Shown here piece after piece: positions 19,955-30,337 of a DNA stretch of 64,000 bases; the stretch's first letter is position 1, and each line of letters starts with the position of its first letter. Source of the DNA: a phage; NCBI GenBank assembly GCA_025611195.1, contig GCA_025611195.1_4718.1. The stretch is one strand, 5' to 3'. The notes under the pieces are model-generated. The model saw only the letters and a program-made list of their open reading frames with translations. It was not told where the DNA came from and ran no database searches. The position numbers and the translations under genes are program-made.

Positions 19955-22096
19955 ATGGGTATTCTTGTTCAAAACGCCCTAATCACCAAACAGGCGTTTT
20001 TATTACCAGGCGATAGCAGCACGCTTAGTGCCGACATGATTAAAGCGAGACATACACCGTATTCCTACGATAACGTCGATGATACCACTTTAGGCGGGAA
20101 CTGGGTGCTTAACCCGCCACCGCAATATACGAAATTTGCTGATATCAAAGAACGTCGGCGTGCGGTTATGCCGGGATCAACGGGCATGGGCCGAGGCTAT
20201 AGTGAAAGCATTAACAGCTTTAAAGAAGTCGTTACATTACGATTCGGTAAACCACGCTTTACAGGCGCAAGTATCTTCTTTACCGATTTCTACGATGCGG
20301 ATGTTGCCGTAACGGTTAAAACCGGTCGGGATCCCGGTATTCTTTATTACGCAGCCAAAGCGTATACCACCGTTCTTTCTTACCTCACACCGCTACCTTA
20401 CTTGTATATGGTTGGACGTATTGGTCGATATTTCCTGGGTAAGCCTACCAGTCAATATTACTATCAAGTACCAACCATGCACGTGTATTGGGCGTCTTTC
20501 CAGACGTTGGTAAACCAAACAGCGATAAACATGGGTCTTATCGCCGGTGCTGGTAAAGATAAAGGCTATGTGGAAGAAGGGGGTACCGTACTCCACCAAT
20601 ATTCGATCGGTGGTCAGAACGTTGAAGAATTCATCAACTACGCCTCTAAGACGCTACCGGGGATTTATAAGAAAGGTGGTGGGATCGATATCTACCAGAT
20701 CGCAACACGACGTCAGCGTATACAGAACGCATGGGTACGTCGTATTCAATCCATGATGGAAAACGATTACTCGTCTTACGAGGAGTTCTGGAACGATCTT
20801 GATAAACGACTTGATAGCGGAGCATTTCCATCGGATGTTACCGGTCGTACGTTAACGCAGTATCTCGCCGACACACAGAAATCTGCTGTTTACAGTGCGA
20901 CAGCTGGTGATAATAAACAAACGATGGACGACCTTTTATTCGGAAGGGCCTCATACACCAACAAGGATGCTGATGCCAATTTCAAAATCTCAGCGGCTAC
21001 CTCCGACGGTGGTACATCAGCGCAAAGCCAGGGTACGACAGCCAATGTCGGTAATTCGACATCAGGGACAACGCAGGCTGCAACAGCAGCATCGACGGCT
21101 GGAGGTGCGAACGTACAGAGCAAAGGAATCGGGCAAACGAACGCAGCCGAAGAAGCTACGTTTCTTGATCTGATGGATGCTGAACTGGCTGACGGTGCTC
21201 AGTTTATCAGTTTTCGTGTCGATTCTGTTACCAGTGTAACCGAAACGTTTTCAAACAGCGCTTCAGAAAGTTCTATCGCGCAGACGATGAATAGCCGTGC
21301 GCAAGCGAACATCGAACGTCGTTTCACCCTCTCCGGTGGTAATACAGGTTGGGCTGTACTAGACGAAGCAATCAAAGCCGGTTCCGATCTCGTCAACGGG
21401 GCTATTTCCGGGATGGGTCTGGATGGTATTTTTGGTGCCTTCATGGGTTCCGGCTTCGCAGACATTCCGAAATTCTATTCCGGATCATCGGTAAGTCTAC
21501 CGCGTGCAGACCTGACGATGGAATTGCGTTCCTGGAGTGGGGATCGCTGGTCGATCTTTACGAACCTCATGGTACCTCTTTTAGCTATCCTTGCAGGTGG
21601 TTTACCTCAAGCTACCGGTAAATCGTCCTACGGGATGCCGTTCATGTGTGAATGTTATATTCCCGGTAAAGTCCAGATTAAAATGGGTCTTATCGATAAC
21701 ATCACTGTGACACGCCATGTTGGAAACGTACCATCGACACGCGAGCGATTACCGTTGGGCATCGATGTCAGCTTCAGCGTTTATGACCTGTCGTCCATCG
21801 TCGCAATGCCAATCACAACGACAGCCGCATCGATCGCAAAATTAGATCCTCGTGGCTTCTTAAGTGATCTTCTTGCTGACGATACTCCACTCAACAACTA
21901 TCTTGCTGTATTATCGGCATTGACGCTTACGGAACAAGTTTACATGATTCCTGATTTAAGTCGTCGCATGCATAAAACCATGGCTGATATCGATAGTTTC
22001 TGGAGTAAAGGTAATTTTGCTAGCTGGTTGTCCGACACCATGCCTGGCAGGATAGCATCAGGGCTGTTATGGAAACGTACAGAACGACCGTTCTGA
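19955..22096 (+). CDS. hypothetical protein (713 aa), possibly virion-associated
   Basis: Long ORF with GAGGA RBS directly after the giant gene. Ser/Thr/Gly-rich middle region. Confidence 0.55.
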   Translation: MGILVQNALITKQAFLLPGDSSTLSADMIKARHTPYSYDNVDDTTLGGNWVLNPPPQYTKFADIKERRRAVMPGSTGMGRGYSESINSFKEVVTLRFGKPRFTGASIFFTDFYDADVAVTVKTGRDPGILYYAAKAYTTVLSYLTPLPYLYMVGRIGRYFLGKPTSQYYYQVPTMHVYWASFQTLVNQTAINMGLIAGAGKDKGYVEEGGTVLHQYSIGGQNVEEFINYASKTLPGIYKKGGGIDIYQIATRRQRIQNAWVRRIQSMMENDYSSYEEFWNDLDKRLDSGAFPSDVTGRTLTQYLADTQKSAVYSATAGDNKQTMDDLLFGRASYTNKDADANFKISAATSDGGTSAQSQGTTANVGNSTSGTTQAATAASTAGGANVQSKGIGQTNAAEEATFLDLMDAELADGAQFISFRVDSVTSVTETFSNSASESSIAQTMNSRAQANIERRFTLSGGNTGWAVLDEAIKAGSDLVNGAISGMGLDGIFGAFMGSGFADIPKFYSGSSVSLPRADLTMELRSWSGDRWSIFTNLMVPLLAILAGGLPQATGKSSYGMPFMCECYIPGKVQIKMGLIDNITVTRHVGNVPSTRERLPLGIDVSFSVYDLSSIVAMPITTTAASIAKLDPRGFLSDLLADDTPLNNYLAVLSALTLTEQVYMIPDLSRRMHKTMADIDSFWSKGNFASWLSDTMPGRIASGLLWKRTERPF

Positions 22097-22112
22097 TATT
22101 CACTGCATAAAC

Positions 22113-22144
22113 CCCTCTCCCTTCCCTTACGGGTTGGGAGAGGG
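22113..22144. terminator. family-A palindromic hairpin at convergent junction
   Basis: Stem CCCTCTCCC/GGGAGAGGG, loop TTCCCTTACGGGTT. Confidence 0.5.
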
Positions 22145-22150
22145 AATATG

Positions 22151-23218
22151 TTAACCCAACGTCACCGTAGGTAAATCGGGATAAAGTTTCTTCAAGCCTG
22201 CCATCGTGGTGGTAGTTGTATAATTCTTACCCATCACGGCAAGAGATGCGTATTTCTTACTGCGTGAGAAAAGGGAATAGAACCCACTGGATGTTTCCAT
22301 CCACATCGTGAGGAGTTCCGCATCATTACCATGATAGTTCGTTTTACCCCATCCGGGTTTAAACGCATCGGCAAAATCAATTAAACGTGATGCTTCAGCG
22401 TCGTATTCTTTAAGAGCGATGTACGACGGAATACGGTAGTTACGAAACAATAACGTAATGAGTTCAGGGACAACGCTACGAGCACGTTCAGCGGTAATAA
22501 GTTCGGTGATGACAGCAGCCGTACGGAAATCGCCGTTAAGGCCAACGCTGCTTAACGATTCCGCTAAAGTGGTCGCCATCGCTACTTTATCTTCCGCTGA
22601 CCCAGAGTCATACAGACTACGTACATCGATATAGTTACCCGCTAATGCAGCCTGACGAATCAACGACGTGACAACCGTCCGGTTCGTCTTATAGTCGTTG
22701 TAGCTGAATTCGGTTCGCGTTTTCCCTTGATCATCGAGATACTGATCAACGATCGTGGACAGCTTATAATACTCATCACCCGACATCAGACTATCGAGAA
22801 GCTTAACGTTTCCATCTTTATCAATAAGCTTCCCTAACGCACCATTGGATTGCTGGTTAATGGTGCTGTAAATCTGGTCTTTTACTTGCGATAGGATGTT
22901 ATCGGTTGACGATATATTCAGGCCTGTAACATCTTTGATCTTATTCATCAATGCGTTTTCATTCAGGGAGATTTTGCCGCCGCTGATATCGATGAAAGAA
23001 TTAAGATCGCTTATGGAAATCAGGTTTCCTGTTAACGCCGATAATGTACTATTGATACTGTTCGTAATACTGCTACGAAAACTGGTTAACGCATCCGCCG
23101 CCGAAACAGCGGTACCGCTAACCGCTTTAAGGAGCGTATCACGCCCTGTCGAAAAATCGCTGGTGATGGTTTTGATCTTGGACGTATCTATACTCGGCAG
23201 TTTGTCGTAAAGACTCAT
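22151..23218 (-). CDS. hypothetical protein (356 aa)
   Basis: Start placed at ATG 23218 (MSLYDKL) preceded by AGGAGG; ORF-track start 23269 lies inside a terminator hairpin. Confidence 0.55.
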   Translation of the reverse strand: MSLYDKLPSIDTSKIKTITSDFSTGRDTLLKAVSGTAVSAADALTSFRSSITNSINSTLSALTGNLISISDLNSFIDISGGKISLNENALMNKIKDVTGLNISSTDNILSQVKDQIYSTINQQSNGALGKLIDKDGNVKLLDSLMSGDEYYKLSTIVDQYLDDQGKTRTEFSYNDYKTNRTVVTSLIRQAALAGNYIDVRSLYDSGSAEDKVAMATTLAESLSSVGLNGDFRTAAVITELITAERARSVVPELITLLFRNYRIPSYIALKEYDAEASRLIDFADAFKPGWGKTNYHGNDAELLTMWMETSSGFYSLFSRSKKYASLAVMGKNYTTTTTMAGLKKLYPDLPTVTLG

Positions 23219-23256
23219 CACGTCCTCCTGAAAAAGAAAAAAGAAATACGGCATAA

Positions 23257-23284
23257 AGCCTACCCACACAATGGTGGGTAGGCT
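23257..23284 (-). terminator. intrinsic terminator
   Basis: Stem AGCCTACCCAC/GTGGGTAGGCT followed on minus strand by a T-rich tract. Confidence 0.55.
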
Positions 23285-23300
23285 AAGATCAACATCGATG

Positions 23301-23813
23301 TTAAACTTCTTCGTTTTCTGAACCTAATGATTCAGCATCTGGATCGTCAACAGGAATTGTTGCATCAAAATACCGTTTCGTGTGCGTGGTTGTATATCCT
23401 ACGCTATCTGTGATGGAAATCGTAAACGTGACTTCTCTTGCACGGATTAAGCGTAGTTTATTCATGAAGTTACGGAACGGCATCGATCCCCGATTCAACT
23501 CCTTAATGACGTTTCCTCGAATACTGGAAATGTCTTTATTCGTTTTATCAGGATGCCGTTTCTTCACATCACGCATATGTCGGGTAATATACGAATTGAG
23601 CTGATTTGCGCCGATCCCTCTCTCCGTATAAATCTGCAACAGGAACTCCGTAAGGAAATCCTGTCTCCCCGTAGGCGTCCAGAAATTGTTACCGTGATTG
23701 TAGTTAGTCGCTCGTCCTCGATTACTTTGAGGATTTTCATCATCGTTTTCGTCACAACGCTTAAGCGGATTAATGCGTGCTCGGAAAGAGACTTCATTAT
23801 ATTTATTTGTCAT
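23301..23813 (-). CDS. hypothetical protein (170 aa)
   Basis: Start ATG (MTNKYN) overlaps stop of upstream gene (ATGA). Confidence 0.5.
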   Translation of the reverse strand: MTNKYNEVSFRARINPLKRCDENDDENPQSNRGRATNYNHGNNFWTPTGRQDFLTEFLLQIYTERGIGANQLNSYITRHMRDVKKRHPDKTNKDISSIRGNVIKELNRGSMPFRNFMNKLRLIRAREVTFTISITDSVGYTTTHTKRYFDATIPVDDPDAESLGSENEEV

Positions 23814-24325
23814 AATACACCAGTGTACTGACTGAGTGCGAAGGTTAGGAGTTCGCAACAGTCTCTCGCTAGTTTCCTTGTTTTGCGTAATCCATAAGCC
23901 GCATCCAAATCGTCACGTTCCGCTAGCGCGTCTAACCACGTCGCAAGTATGCGTCCATACTCGATAACGTCGCGCATGAGAACGTCGAACTGGATAACAC
24001 GACCATCGGCATCAGCAAGCCAACGATTGAATGTGATTTGTGGTGCTAGTATTGCATATGTTCTCTCCTCTAATGCTATTATGTTTATGTTGCCTTCGTT
24101 ATCGAACGCTTGATGCCAACGGCGAAGGTCAAGCATCAACGACTCAGCGTCCATATACCACAACGGTAAATACGTTTTACGCGCAACGCGTATATCGTAG
24201 ATGTTGTGAACCCAGGACGTTGTTTTATAAAGCAACAAGAGTTCGTTTAACCGTTGCCTATCATCTTGAAACGTCTTCCTTTTATAACGTTGGAATGCAC
24301 GCCTCAAGAAAAAGCGATGTAACAT
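23810..24325 (-). CDS. hypothetical protein (171 aa), predicted early gene
   Basis: ORF about 80 nt downstream of a CTATATTACCT motif. Confidence 0.55.
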   Translation of the reverse strand: MLHRFFLRRAFQRYKRKTFQDDRQRLNELLLLYKTTSWVHNIYDIRVARKTYLPLWYMDAESLMLDLRRWHQAFDNEGNINIIALEERTYAILAPQITFNRWLADADGRVIQFDVLMRDVIEYGRILATWLDALAERDDLDAAYGLRKTRKLARDCCELLTFALSQYTGVL

Positions 24326-24406
24326 GGCATCACCTATGTATCATTCTTGCAGGCATCAATGAAACCATCACAAGAAGGTAACGTTATACGTCGCCTTCAT
24401 GACAGT

Positions 24407-24427
24407 CATCATGAAGGTAATATAGTC
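24407..24427 (-). promoter_or_regulatory. early-promoter-like motif (21-nt GACTATATTACCTTCATGATG)
   Basis: Identical 21-mer also at 50903..50923; minus-strand gene start at 24325. Confidence 0.5.
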
Positions 24428-24458
24428 CTGTTATTTTTTTCAATACGGAGAATGTAAA

Positions 24459-25088
24459 ATGAGCGAATACGGTGTTGTCCCCGTAGATGATGAACCGCAA
24501 GAGGCACCCGATAAATTCGAGGTCCGTCTTGACGAAACCCGTAATATCCGTCAACGATTTATTCAACGTCTCGAAATGCTGTTAGATAGCGAATTCAAAG
24601 ATTTTGAGCGTAACCCCGGTGCAGATAATAAAGCCATTGTTGACGTCGAAAACGTCGACCGAATAGGTAAGCTGTTGTTGAAATCGTTGGGTGATAACGA
24701 TAAAGTCGACTTAACGTTAAAACGTATCAGTGCCGACCAGGCTATGAACGACAGCGCATTGAAAACAGCACAGGCCCTAACCGAAACCATGCTGCGCCGC
24801 TTAGGTCAGATGAATGAACATCCTCTCGCAGCAGGGGCTGTTTACGATGGCGAAGTCGTGAAGTCAGTTACGCCTGAAGAACGCGATCGTCGACTTGGTT
24901 TTGCATCGTTGGAAGAGTTTAATAGCAAGGAGTTTTCACCAGGCGTTCTCATACAGGGACGTGTTGAAGAAACCAGTGATGCTTTCTACGCTAGAATGGC
25001 TCAACTGACGGAGTCTGTTCGTGAGGAGGTGTCTCAGAAGATGGTTGCAGATCATCAGTCTTCGGAGGCGTCACACGAGGAGGAATAA
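24459..25088 (+). CDS. acidic hypothetical protein (209 aa)
   Basis: ACGGAG RBS 8 nt upstream of ATG; acidic, Glu-rich C-terminus. Overlaps convergent gene by about 98 bp. Confidence 0.5.
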   Translation: MSEYGVVPVDDEPQEAPDKFEVRLDETRNIRQRFIQRLEMLLDSEFKDFERNPGADNKAIVDVENVDRIGKLLLKSLGDNDKVDLTLKRISADQAMNDSALKTAQALTETMLRRLGQMNEHPLAAGAVYDGEVVKSVTPEERDRRLGFASLEEFNSKEFSPGVLIQGRVEETSDAFYARMAQLTESVREEVSQKMVADHQSSEASHEEE

Positions 25089-25779
25089 AATAACTGAACC
25101 ATTTTATTCCAAAGAACCGCATGAACATCACGGGTGCGTTAGAAAGTTCGATTGCTTCGTAAAGTTTGTCATAAGCCAGATCGGAATCAGGGATGGTTTC
25201 GCTGATTCGTCTGGCTACAACCAACACGTTGCAAATCGGATTGTCTTCTAACAGCATCTGATTGGGGAGATGCCAGCGTTTGAAATCGTAAAAGAACATC
25301 GCATTATACGTCTTACGGATTTCTGATGGATGCAGTGTAGCCGGATGACGATACACAATCTCAACGCTATCTTGCGCGCCGAGGTATTGCTGGATGCCTT
25401 CTTTTAACGCGACAGCGGCATCTCCCACAAATTCAAACGGGTACGTATTCACATGAACCGAAAAATCCGGTGCAGCAATCCCTGTCAAGCGGTCTTTCAT
25501 GTAATCCGCGACCACGTAGCATAATCGCCACATCAACTCCGTCGGAATGCATTTATCGAGAATGGTTTCATCGATATTTGCCAACGCATCCTTAAACTCT
25601 TCGTAAGTATAAGTAACACCCGCCTGCTTCTCCGGCTCCAGGTTATAGGGTCGGTAATGCCATTTCTTCCCCCACTTTCTGATAGCCTCAGGATCCAACG
25701 TTGTTGCTACCGCCATTTCGATATCGAGCAGCGCCTCGAGTTCTACATACACCGTCACTAACGCCGCACTTCCAGTCAT
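24991..25779 (-). CDS. hypothetical protein (262 aa)
   Basis: Long ORF; low-complexity Pro/Ser/Thr C-terminal tail overlaps the convergent plus-strand gene. Confidence 0.5.
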   Translation of the reverse strand: MTGSAALVTVYVELEALLDIEMAVATTLDPEAIRKWGKKWHYRPYNLEPEKQAGVTYTYEEFKDALANIDETILDKCIPTELMWRLCYVVADYMKDRLTGIAAPDFSVHVNTYPFEFVGDAAVALKEGIQQYLGAQDSVEIVYRHPATLHPSEIRKTYNAMFFYDFKRWHLPNQMLLEDNPICNVLVVARRISETIPDSDLAYDKLYEAIELSNAPVMFMRFFGIKWFSYFIPPRVTPPKTDDLQPSSETPPHEQTPSVEPF

Positions 25780-26483
25780 CGTTGCTCTCCAGCTTCACCG
25801 GTTAACATCTGCATATCGGGAGACGTTTTAATTTTCTTCTCGTACTCTTTTGTTTGTTTGAATACCAATTCACCGATTTCTTCCAATTCTTCAACGGTGA
25901 CGGTATGCAAATAAAGCAACGGGATAATCCAGGTATTCGCACGAAGCATATCCTGAATATCGTCAACGGTGGGTAACTCCGTAAAGAACTGTTCGTCTAC
26001 CGCAAATAAATCCCGTGCGATACCATCCACCAGTTTATGATTGCTTTCATGGATCCATGCAAAACTTTCAGCAAGATGGTCAACAAGCATACTGATGTCA
26101 TCGTCCGTTGAGAACACCGTACGGCGAACGTGTGTTGTGAGGTCCATCGTAAAACCCATTAACGAAGGGGTTTCCTCGGAGCGGAGTTCACGCCAAAGAC
26201 GAAGCATGTTTTCGGGGATAAACAAATCATGGATGAACGTTACGCTGAATTTCGTAATCCAATCACGAATTGTCGCACCTCTGGAATACTGCTGCGGTGG
26301 AGAATACAAATACACCCAACGTTTCGTAAACGCGATAACTTCCTTTCGCATCGTCGCATCTAAAACAAGCACGTAACGATCGGAAGCAAGCTCTTCTAAT
26401 AAAAGCTCGAACGCAGTATCGCTCTCTGGAGAGAACGACCGTTTTATTTCTGCGATACGTCGTGATAACCGACCACGTAACAT
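25776..26483 (-). CDS. hypothetical protein (235 aa)
   Basis: ORF with 4-nt overlap to downstream gene. Confidence 0.5.
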   Translation of the reverse strand: MLRGRLSRRIAEIKRSFSPESDTAFELLLEELASDRYVLVLDATMRKEVIAFTKRWVYLYSPPQQYSRGATIRDWITKFSVTFIHDLFIPENMLRLWRELRSEETPSLMGFTMDLTTHVRRTVFSTDDDISMLVDHLAESFAWIHESNHKLVDGIARDLFAVDEQFFTELPTVDDIQDMLRANTWIIPLLYLHTVTVEELEEIGELVFKQTKEYEKKIKTSPDMQMLTGEAGEQR

Positions 26484-26485
26484 AA

Positions 26486-27160
26486 TTAGCCCTCATCAAG
26501 GTTATTCTGGAGATGCATTGCGGTGAGAATAACGCCAACAGCTGTTACCGATTTTGCCTTGCTGTCTTCAGGGAGCTGCTCCAAGCTTACGGTACCTGTT
26601 TCTAACAGCATGCGGTTCATTGCGTTGAACTTCTTATCATCGCCACCACGAGCCTGCATTAACTCTCGGTTCACGTTCGGCATCGATCGTCCTAACGTTG
26701 CCTGCATTTCCGGCTGGCTCCAAGTGGAACCTTTACTATCACCCGTCGGCTGATTGGTGAGCTGGTCCTTGGTGTTGTTGTTTTTCGGAATCGATATTTT
26801 AGCGCTCAACGTTTCGGCTTGTCGGCGGTTTGGAATCAGGTACAATCTGGTTGGACGATCACGAAGCACCAATTGTCCTGTTTTCTGATCGGTGAGATAA
26901 ACGCGTTGGAAGAAAGGGAAACCGTATTTCTTACCGACTTCCAGTGCGCGTTTTATCGTCACCTCGTTTTTGTTCATGTTGGGTACCCAGATGGGTAGAA
27001 TCTCTTTCTTATCCCGACATAAACGCATATACGCATCAAACGTCTCATCATCAATTTCAGCAAAACGTTTTTTGTAAATAGCGTAGGTCGGACTCGATCC
27101 CCCCACCAGGTCTTTGATATACCCAAGAATGAATTTTTCTGCTGCAGCGCGGTTGGACAT
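26486..27160 (-). CDS. hypothetical protein (224 aa)
   Basis: ORF in minus-strand operon. Confidence 0.5.
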   Translation of the reverse strand: MSNRAAAEKFILGYIKDLVGGSSPTYAIYKKRFAEIDDETFDAYMRLCRDKKEILPIWVPNMNKNEVTIKRALEVGKKYGFPFFQRVYLTDQKTGQLVLRDRPTRLYLIPNRRQAETLSAKISIPKNNNTKDQLTNQPTGDSKGSTWSQPEMQATLGRSMPNVNRELMQARGGDDKKFNAMNRMLLETGTVSLEQLPEDSKAKSVTAVGVILTAMHLQNNLDEG

Positions 27161-27169
27161 AAACGTCTC

Positions 27170-27511
27170 CTATTGTCGTGTCTGTTGCGGAAATACCCGA
27201 AACACCTGGACGATGATGTTCTTGTCCTCGCGGTTGGCGATGTCGATCATGTGTTTTGTTCCAGGACTTTTGAAATCCCAGAACGCAACTAGATGCGTAA
27301 TGACATCGCCCATCCACTCGTTGCGTCTGAATCCAGCACCTTTACGATAAGGGCCATCCCAATCAGCAGGAAACGTAGTGTATTTAAACCCGTAATCCTT
27401 CGCATAGCGGCGCACATGCAAATCAGCACCTGAACGCGCACCGCCAGCAATGAGATGAACTTTGTCGTGAGGGAGGTTATGTAACATCTGGTTCATACGC
27501 TTTTCGAACAA
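27170..27511 (-). CDS. DUF2493/SLOG-family-like protein (113 aa)
   Basis: LIAGGARSGADLHVRRYAKDYG ... VAFWDFKSPGTKHMIDIA resembles the DUF2493 pattern (HGGARGADRLA...VAFPGGRGT) as I recall it. Confidence 0.45.
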   Translation of the reverse strand: MFEKRMNQMLHNLPHDKVHLIAGGARSGADLHVRRYAKDYGFKYTTFPADWDGPYRKGAGFRRNEWMGDVITHLVAFWDFKSPGTKHMIDIANREDKNIIVQVFRVFPQQTRQ

Positions 27512-27564
27512 GGGATAATCATCCCAGTAGCGTGATCCTGATACCCCTACACGATAGGGTTCGC

Positions 27565-27885
27565 TTATCTTCCACCGCGCAATGACTTTACGTTGCGTGC
27601 GATAAAGGGTGCAACGTAATCACGGAAATTATGGATCCATCCTTTAATGGGTTGATTGTCTAGTAAGCACTCTCGAACCGAGAACGTACTTACTTCTAAT
27701 ACGCCGAACTGCAGTCGCCAATAACGATTGATTTCGGCTTGGGCGTGTTCTAAGGTCATGTACTCAGGAACACGGGCCAGCAGATCGTGTTTAAATTGCT
27801 CGGCAATCGCTGGTTGATGCGACGCAATTGTCTGTGCGATAACATCAACCAGTTCGTGCGCGTGCTTGATAGCAGGTGCGGTCAT
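27565..27885 (-). CDS. hypothetical protein (106 aa)
   Basis: ORF in operon. Confidence 0.45.
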   Translation of the reverse strand: MTAPAIKHAHELVDVIAQTIASHQPAIAEQFKHDLLARVPEYMTLEHAQAEINRYWRLQFGVLEVSTFSVRECLLDNQPIKGWIHNFRDYVAPFIARNVKSLRGGR

Positions 27886-27897
27886 TTATTCAGCCTT

Positions 27898-29388
27898 TTA
27901 TTTTTTGCTTGGACGATTTAATGCGGGTACCGGGTTCTTTGGTTGCTTCGTCTTTTCATCCATCCAGTACGGGAAGTACTCGCCGGTACGCATACGCAAT
28001 AAGTCCATTGTGGACAGGAACGGCAGCGGGTTAGGATCATCCAGATACGTCCAGTAACCACGCGTGTTTAATAACACATCCCAATCGAACCCTTTTGCTT
28101 TAAGATCGTCGTACAGTTCCTGTGGGGTGCAATACAATTGTGGGTTTTCGTAAACCTCTTGACGCCAGAGATTATGCATCTGGCATAGCTCCGACGTAAT
28201 TTCCAGAGCACGCTGTAAATACTCATCTTCTTCGCAGAGGGAACGAATGGTCGTACGCTGCAACGCAACATCCGGATAAATATCCAAATACACCGTTGAA
28301 GCACCATCAGCTGACTTACCACCTGATGCATGCATACCCCAACCACGCATCCAATCTTTATCGCGCAGGTAGTGGTATTCCGTTAACGATGGCTTAACCC
28401 CTTCGCTCTGACTAACTACAATCGGGAACGGTAAGCCAGTGGGTCCGTTTTTAGCACGCATGTTGAAGACTTGGATCATCTGCAGATCGGTATCGCCGAT
28501 AAGGTTGTCGCCAGGTCCACGCGGATAAAGAACGCGTTTATCGGCGTTCTGAAGAATCGTCAGTTTATCGATTTTCCAGAGGTTATTCGTATAAAACGTG
28601 AAGCGTTCGGGGACGTTCTTAAACTTCTCATCACCCTTAAACCCTTTCAGTTTTCGTACCGGCTGCTGTCCAGGCATACCACCAACGTTTACACCGTCAC
28701 CGAGGTGAGCGGTCATGGTAATGTAGATACCTGCTGACGCTGTAAGTACCGGCATCTGTGATAGAATCTGGCTTTTCGCTGCTGCCGAACGCATCGCTTC
28801 AGCATTCAGTTTTGCACCACCTGCGGTTTCTTTATCAAACAGTGCGTCAACGGCATCGATGGGTAATCCAGAGAAACTGTCGATGAGTACGACGGTCGGT
28901 AACCACCAGGTATAGTTCTCACCATGTTTATTAATGAACGGAACAGCTTTGCGTTGGGATTTATCTTTGACCTTGTCGTCACGGAATTTCTTAATCGCAT
29001 CAAACCAAATGTTACCACTCATCTGAACGGCATCGGTGATAAACACGCGTTCTTCTTCGAAAAGATCGACGCCAGCGATATTAGACATGTTCATCGCAAG
29101 CGTTAAGATACGTGTTGTCGTTAACGACATTTCTGTGTCGTAAACGCTACTATTGCTGTTCGCGTAACGATCGATAACACGTAACAAGCGAAACATTATG
29201 AACGTGGTTTTGTTCATGTTGCCGCGAGCGCCTGCGCCCTCAACAAGCATCATACCGCCGTTACAAATGCTTTCACCGTGTTTACCGACATAGTACCGAC
29301 CACCAGATGTGGGAATATCCATTAAGCAACCAATGTTGAGATTAAAACGCATCTCTTCACCGGGAGAAAGGTACTTATTAAGATTCAT
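27898..29388 (-). CDS. hypothetical protein (496 aa)
   Basis: Long ORF heading a minus-strand operon; no Walker or nuclease motif recognised. Confidence 0.55.
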   Translation of the reverse strand: MNLNKYLSPGEEMRFNLNIGCLMDIPTSGGRYYVGKHGESICNGGMMLVEGAGARGNMNKTTFIMFRLLRVIDRYANSNSSVYDTEMSLTTTRILTLAMNMSNIAGVDLFEEERVFITDAVQMSGNIWFDAIKKFRDDKVKDKSQRKAVPFINKHGENYTWWLPTVVLIDSFSGLPIDAVDALFDKETAGGAKLNAEAMRSAAAKSQILSQMPVLTASAGIYITMTAHLGDGVNVGGMPGQQPVRKLKGFKGDEKFKNVPERFTFYTNNLWKIDKLTILQNADKRVLYPRGPGDNLIGDTDLQMIQVFNMRAKNGPTGLPFPIVVSQSEGVKPSLTEYHYLRDKDWMRGWGMHASGGKSADGASTVYLDIYPDVALQRTTIRSLCEEDEYLQRALEITSELCQMHNLWRQEVYENPQLYCTPQELYDDLKAKGFDWDVLLNTRGYWTYLDDPNPLPFLSTMDLLRMRTGEYFPYWMDEKTKQPKNPVPALNRPSKK

Positions 29389-29486
29389 TGGGTAAAAACT
29401 CCTTCGATTCTTCGACTAATTCTTAGTGTTCAGAGAATAACTATTTTTAGTTAAGACTGACAACCACTATTTCCACGAGGACCATC

Positions 29487-30329
29487 ATGCATAAATTTAC
29501 CATTCCTGAAGACCCGATTACACTGCAGACCCTTTGGGATTCACATCGTGCTCTATCAATGGAAGGCTTCGCACAAGACTTCGCTTCGCTTACCGCAGTA
29601 ACGAATCTTCGTAGTATGTTTACTAACGGTAAGAAGTTCGTTACCGATTGGCTTAAAAAACGTGATGTGACGGTTTATCCTAAAGTCTTCGATGACCTCG
29701 ATACCATCTTTAGCAACAACGCTTACAGCGATCTCATTGGGTATCGTGCTTTTATTCCGAATGGTTTAAACGCACCGATGTCAGATTATGTTGTTGCTTT
29801 AACCCAGAGCCTGGATAGCGTAATTGGCACCATCTTGCCCGATTTGGATAAGTTGACCGTAACGTGCGCTAAAGCCGTCAACGACGTTAACTTCCGTCGT
29901 AGTAGTGGTATGGCTCAAACACTACCTAAAAACGATCCAGAGAACGTTCTAGAGACGTTACGTGCGATGTTCAAACGTGGGACGGTAACACAGACCACTG
30001 TAGGTCGTGCATATAAGAACGAAGACGATATCCGTCAAATCGGAAAAGATCTGGATGTTTCCCGTACCCGTGCGCTTGACGTTAATCCTAAAGACGTGAA
30101 GAAGGCAATTGAACGTTTCATGGAGGTGGCTGACCGCTTAACCGAAATCCTGGTTCAAGACTACAATGAAGGTGCGGTGAGCAACGCGATGATTCGCGAT
30201 ATTAGTGACGCTATCTACCAAACAGCCAAGCAGGCTGAACTGTATGCGTTTCTCGTGAACGCTTTGGCTGAGGCGATCACTGCATATAACGACACTTGGG
30301 ACGCTGTTAAAAAGAACGCGAAAAAATAA
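29487..30329 (+). CDS. hypothetical protein (280 aa)
   Basis: GAGGACC RBS; ends just before a large palindromic hairpin. Confidence 0.55.
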   Translation: MHKFTIPEDPITLQTLWDSHRALSMEGFAQDFASLTAVTNLRSMFTNGKKFVTDWLKKRDVTVYPKVFDDLDTIFSNNAYSDLIGYRAFIPNGLNAPMSDYVVALTQSLDSVIGTILPDLDKLTVTCAKAVNDVNFRRSSGMAQTLPKNDPENVLETLRAMFKRGTVTQTTVGRAYKNEDDIRQIGKDLDVSRTRALDVNPKDVKKAIERFMEVADRLTEILVQDYNEGAVSNAMIRDISDAIYQTAKQAELYAFLVNALAEAITAYNDTWDAVKKNAKK

Positions 30330-30337
30330 CATAATAA

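Noticed and set aside
22136-22150. Shine-Dalgarno-like GGAGG followed by ATG immediately after family-A hairpins (also 35001..35013, 39146..39163, 63549..63563)
   Set aside because: The GGAGG is the right arm of the hairpin and the ATG belongs to the conserved palindromic flank (CATATT ... AATATG); the downstream frames hit stops within 4-18 codons.
24407-24427. Reading the 21-mer as a plus-strand sigma70-like -10 (TAATAT) promoter for the gene at 24459
   Set aside because: All four copies of the motif have a minus-strand gene start to their left, and the copy at 1711 would otherwise fire antisense into a coding region.
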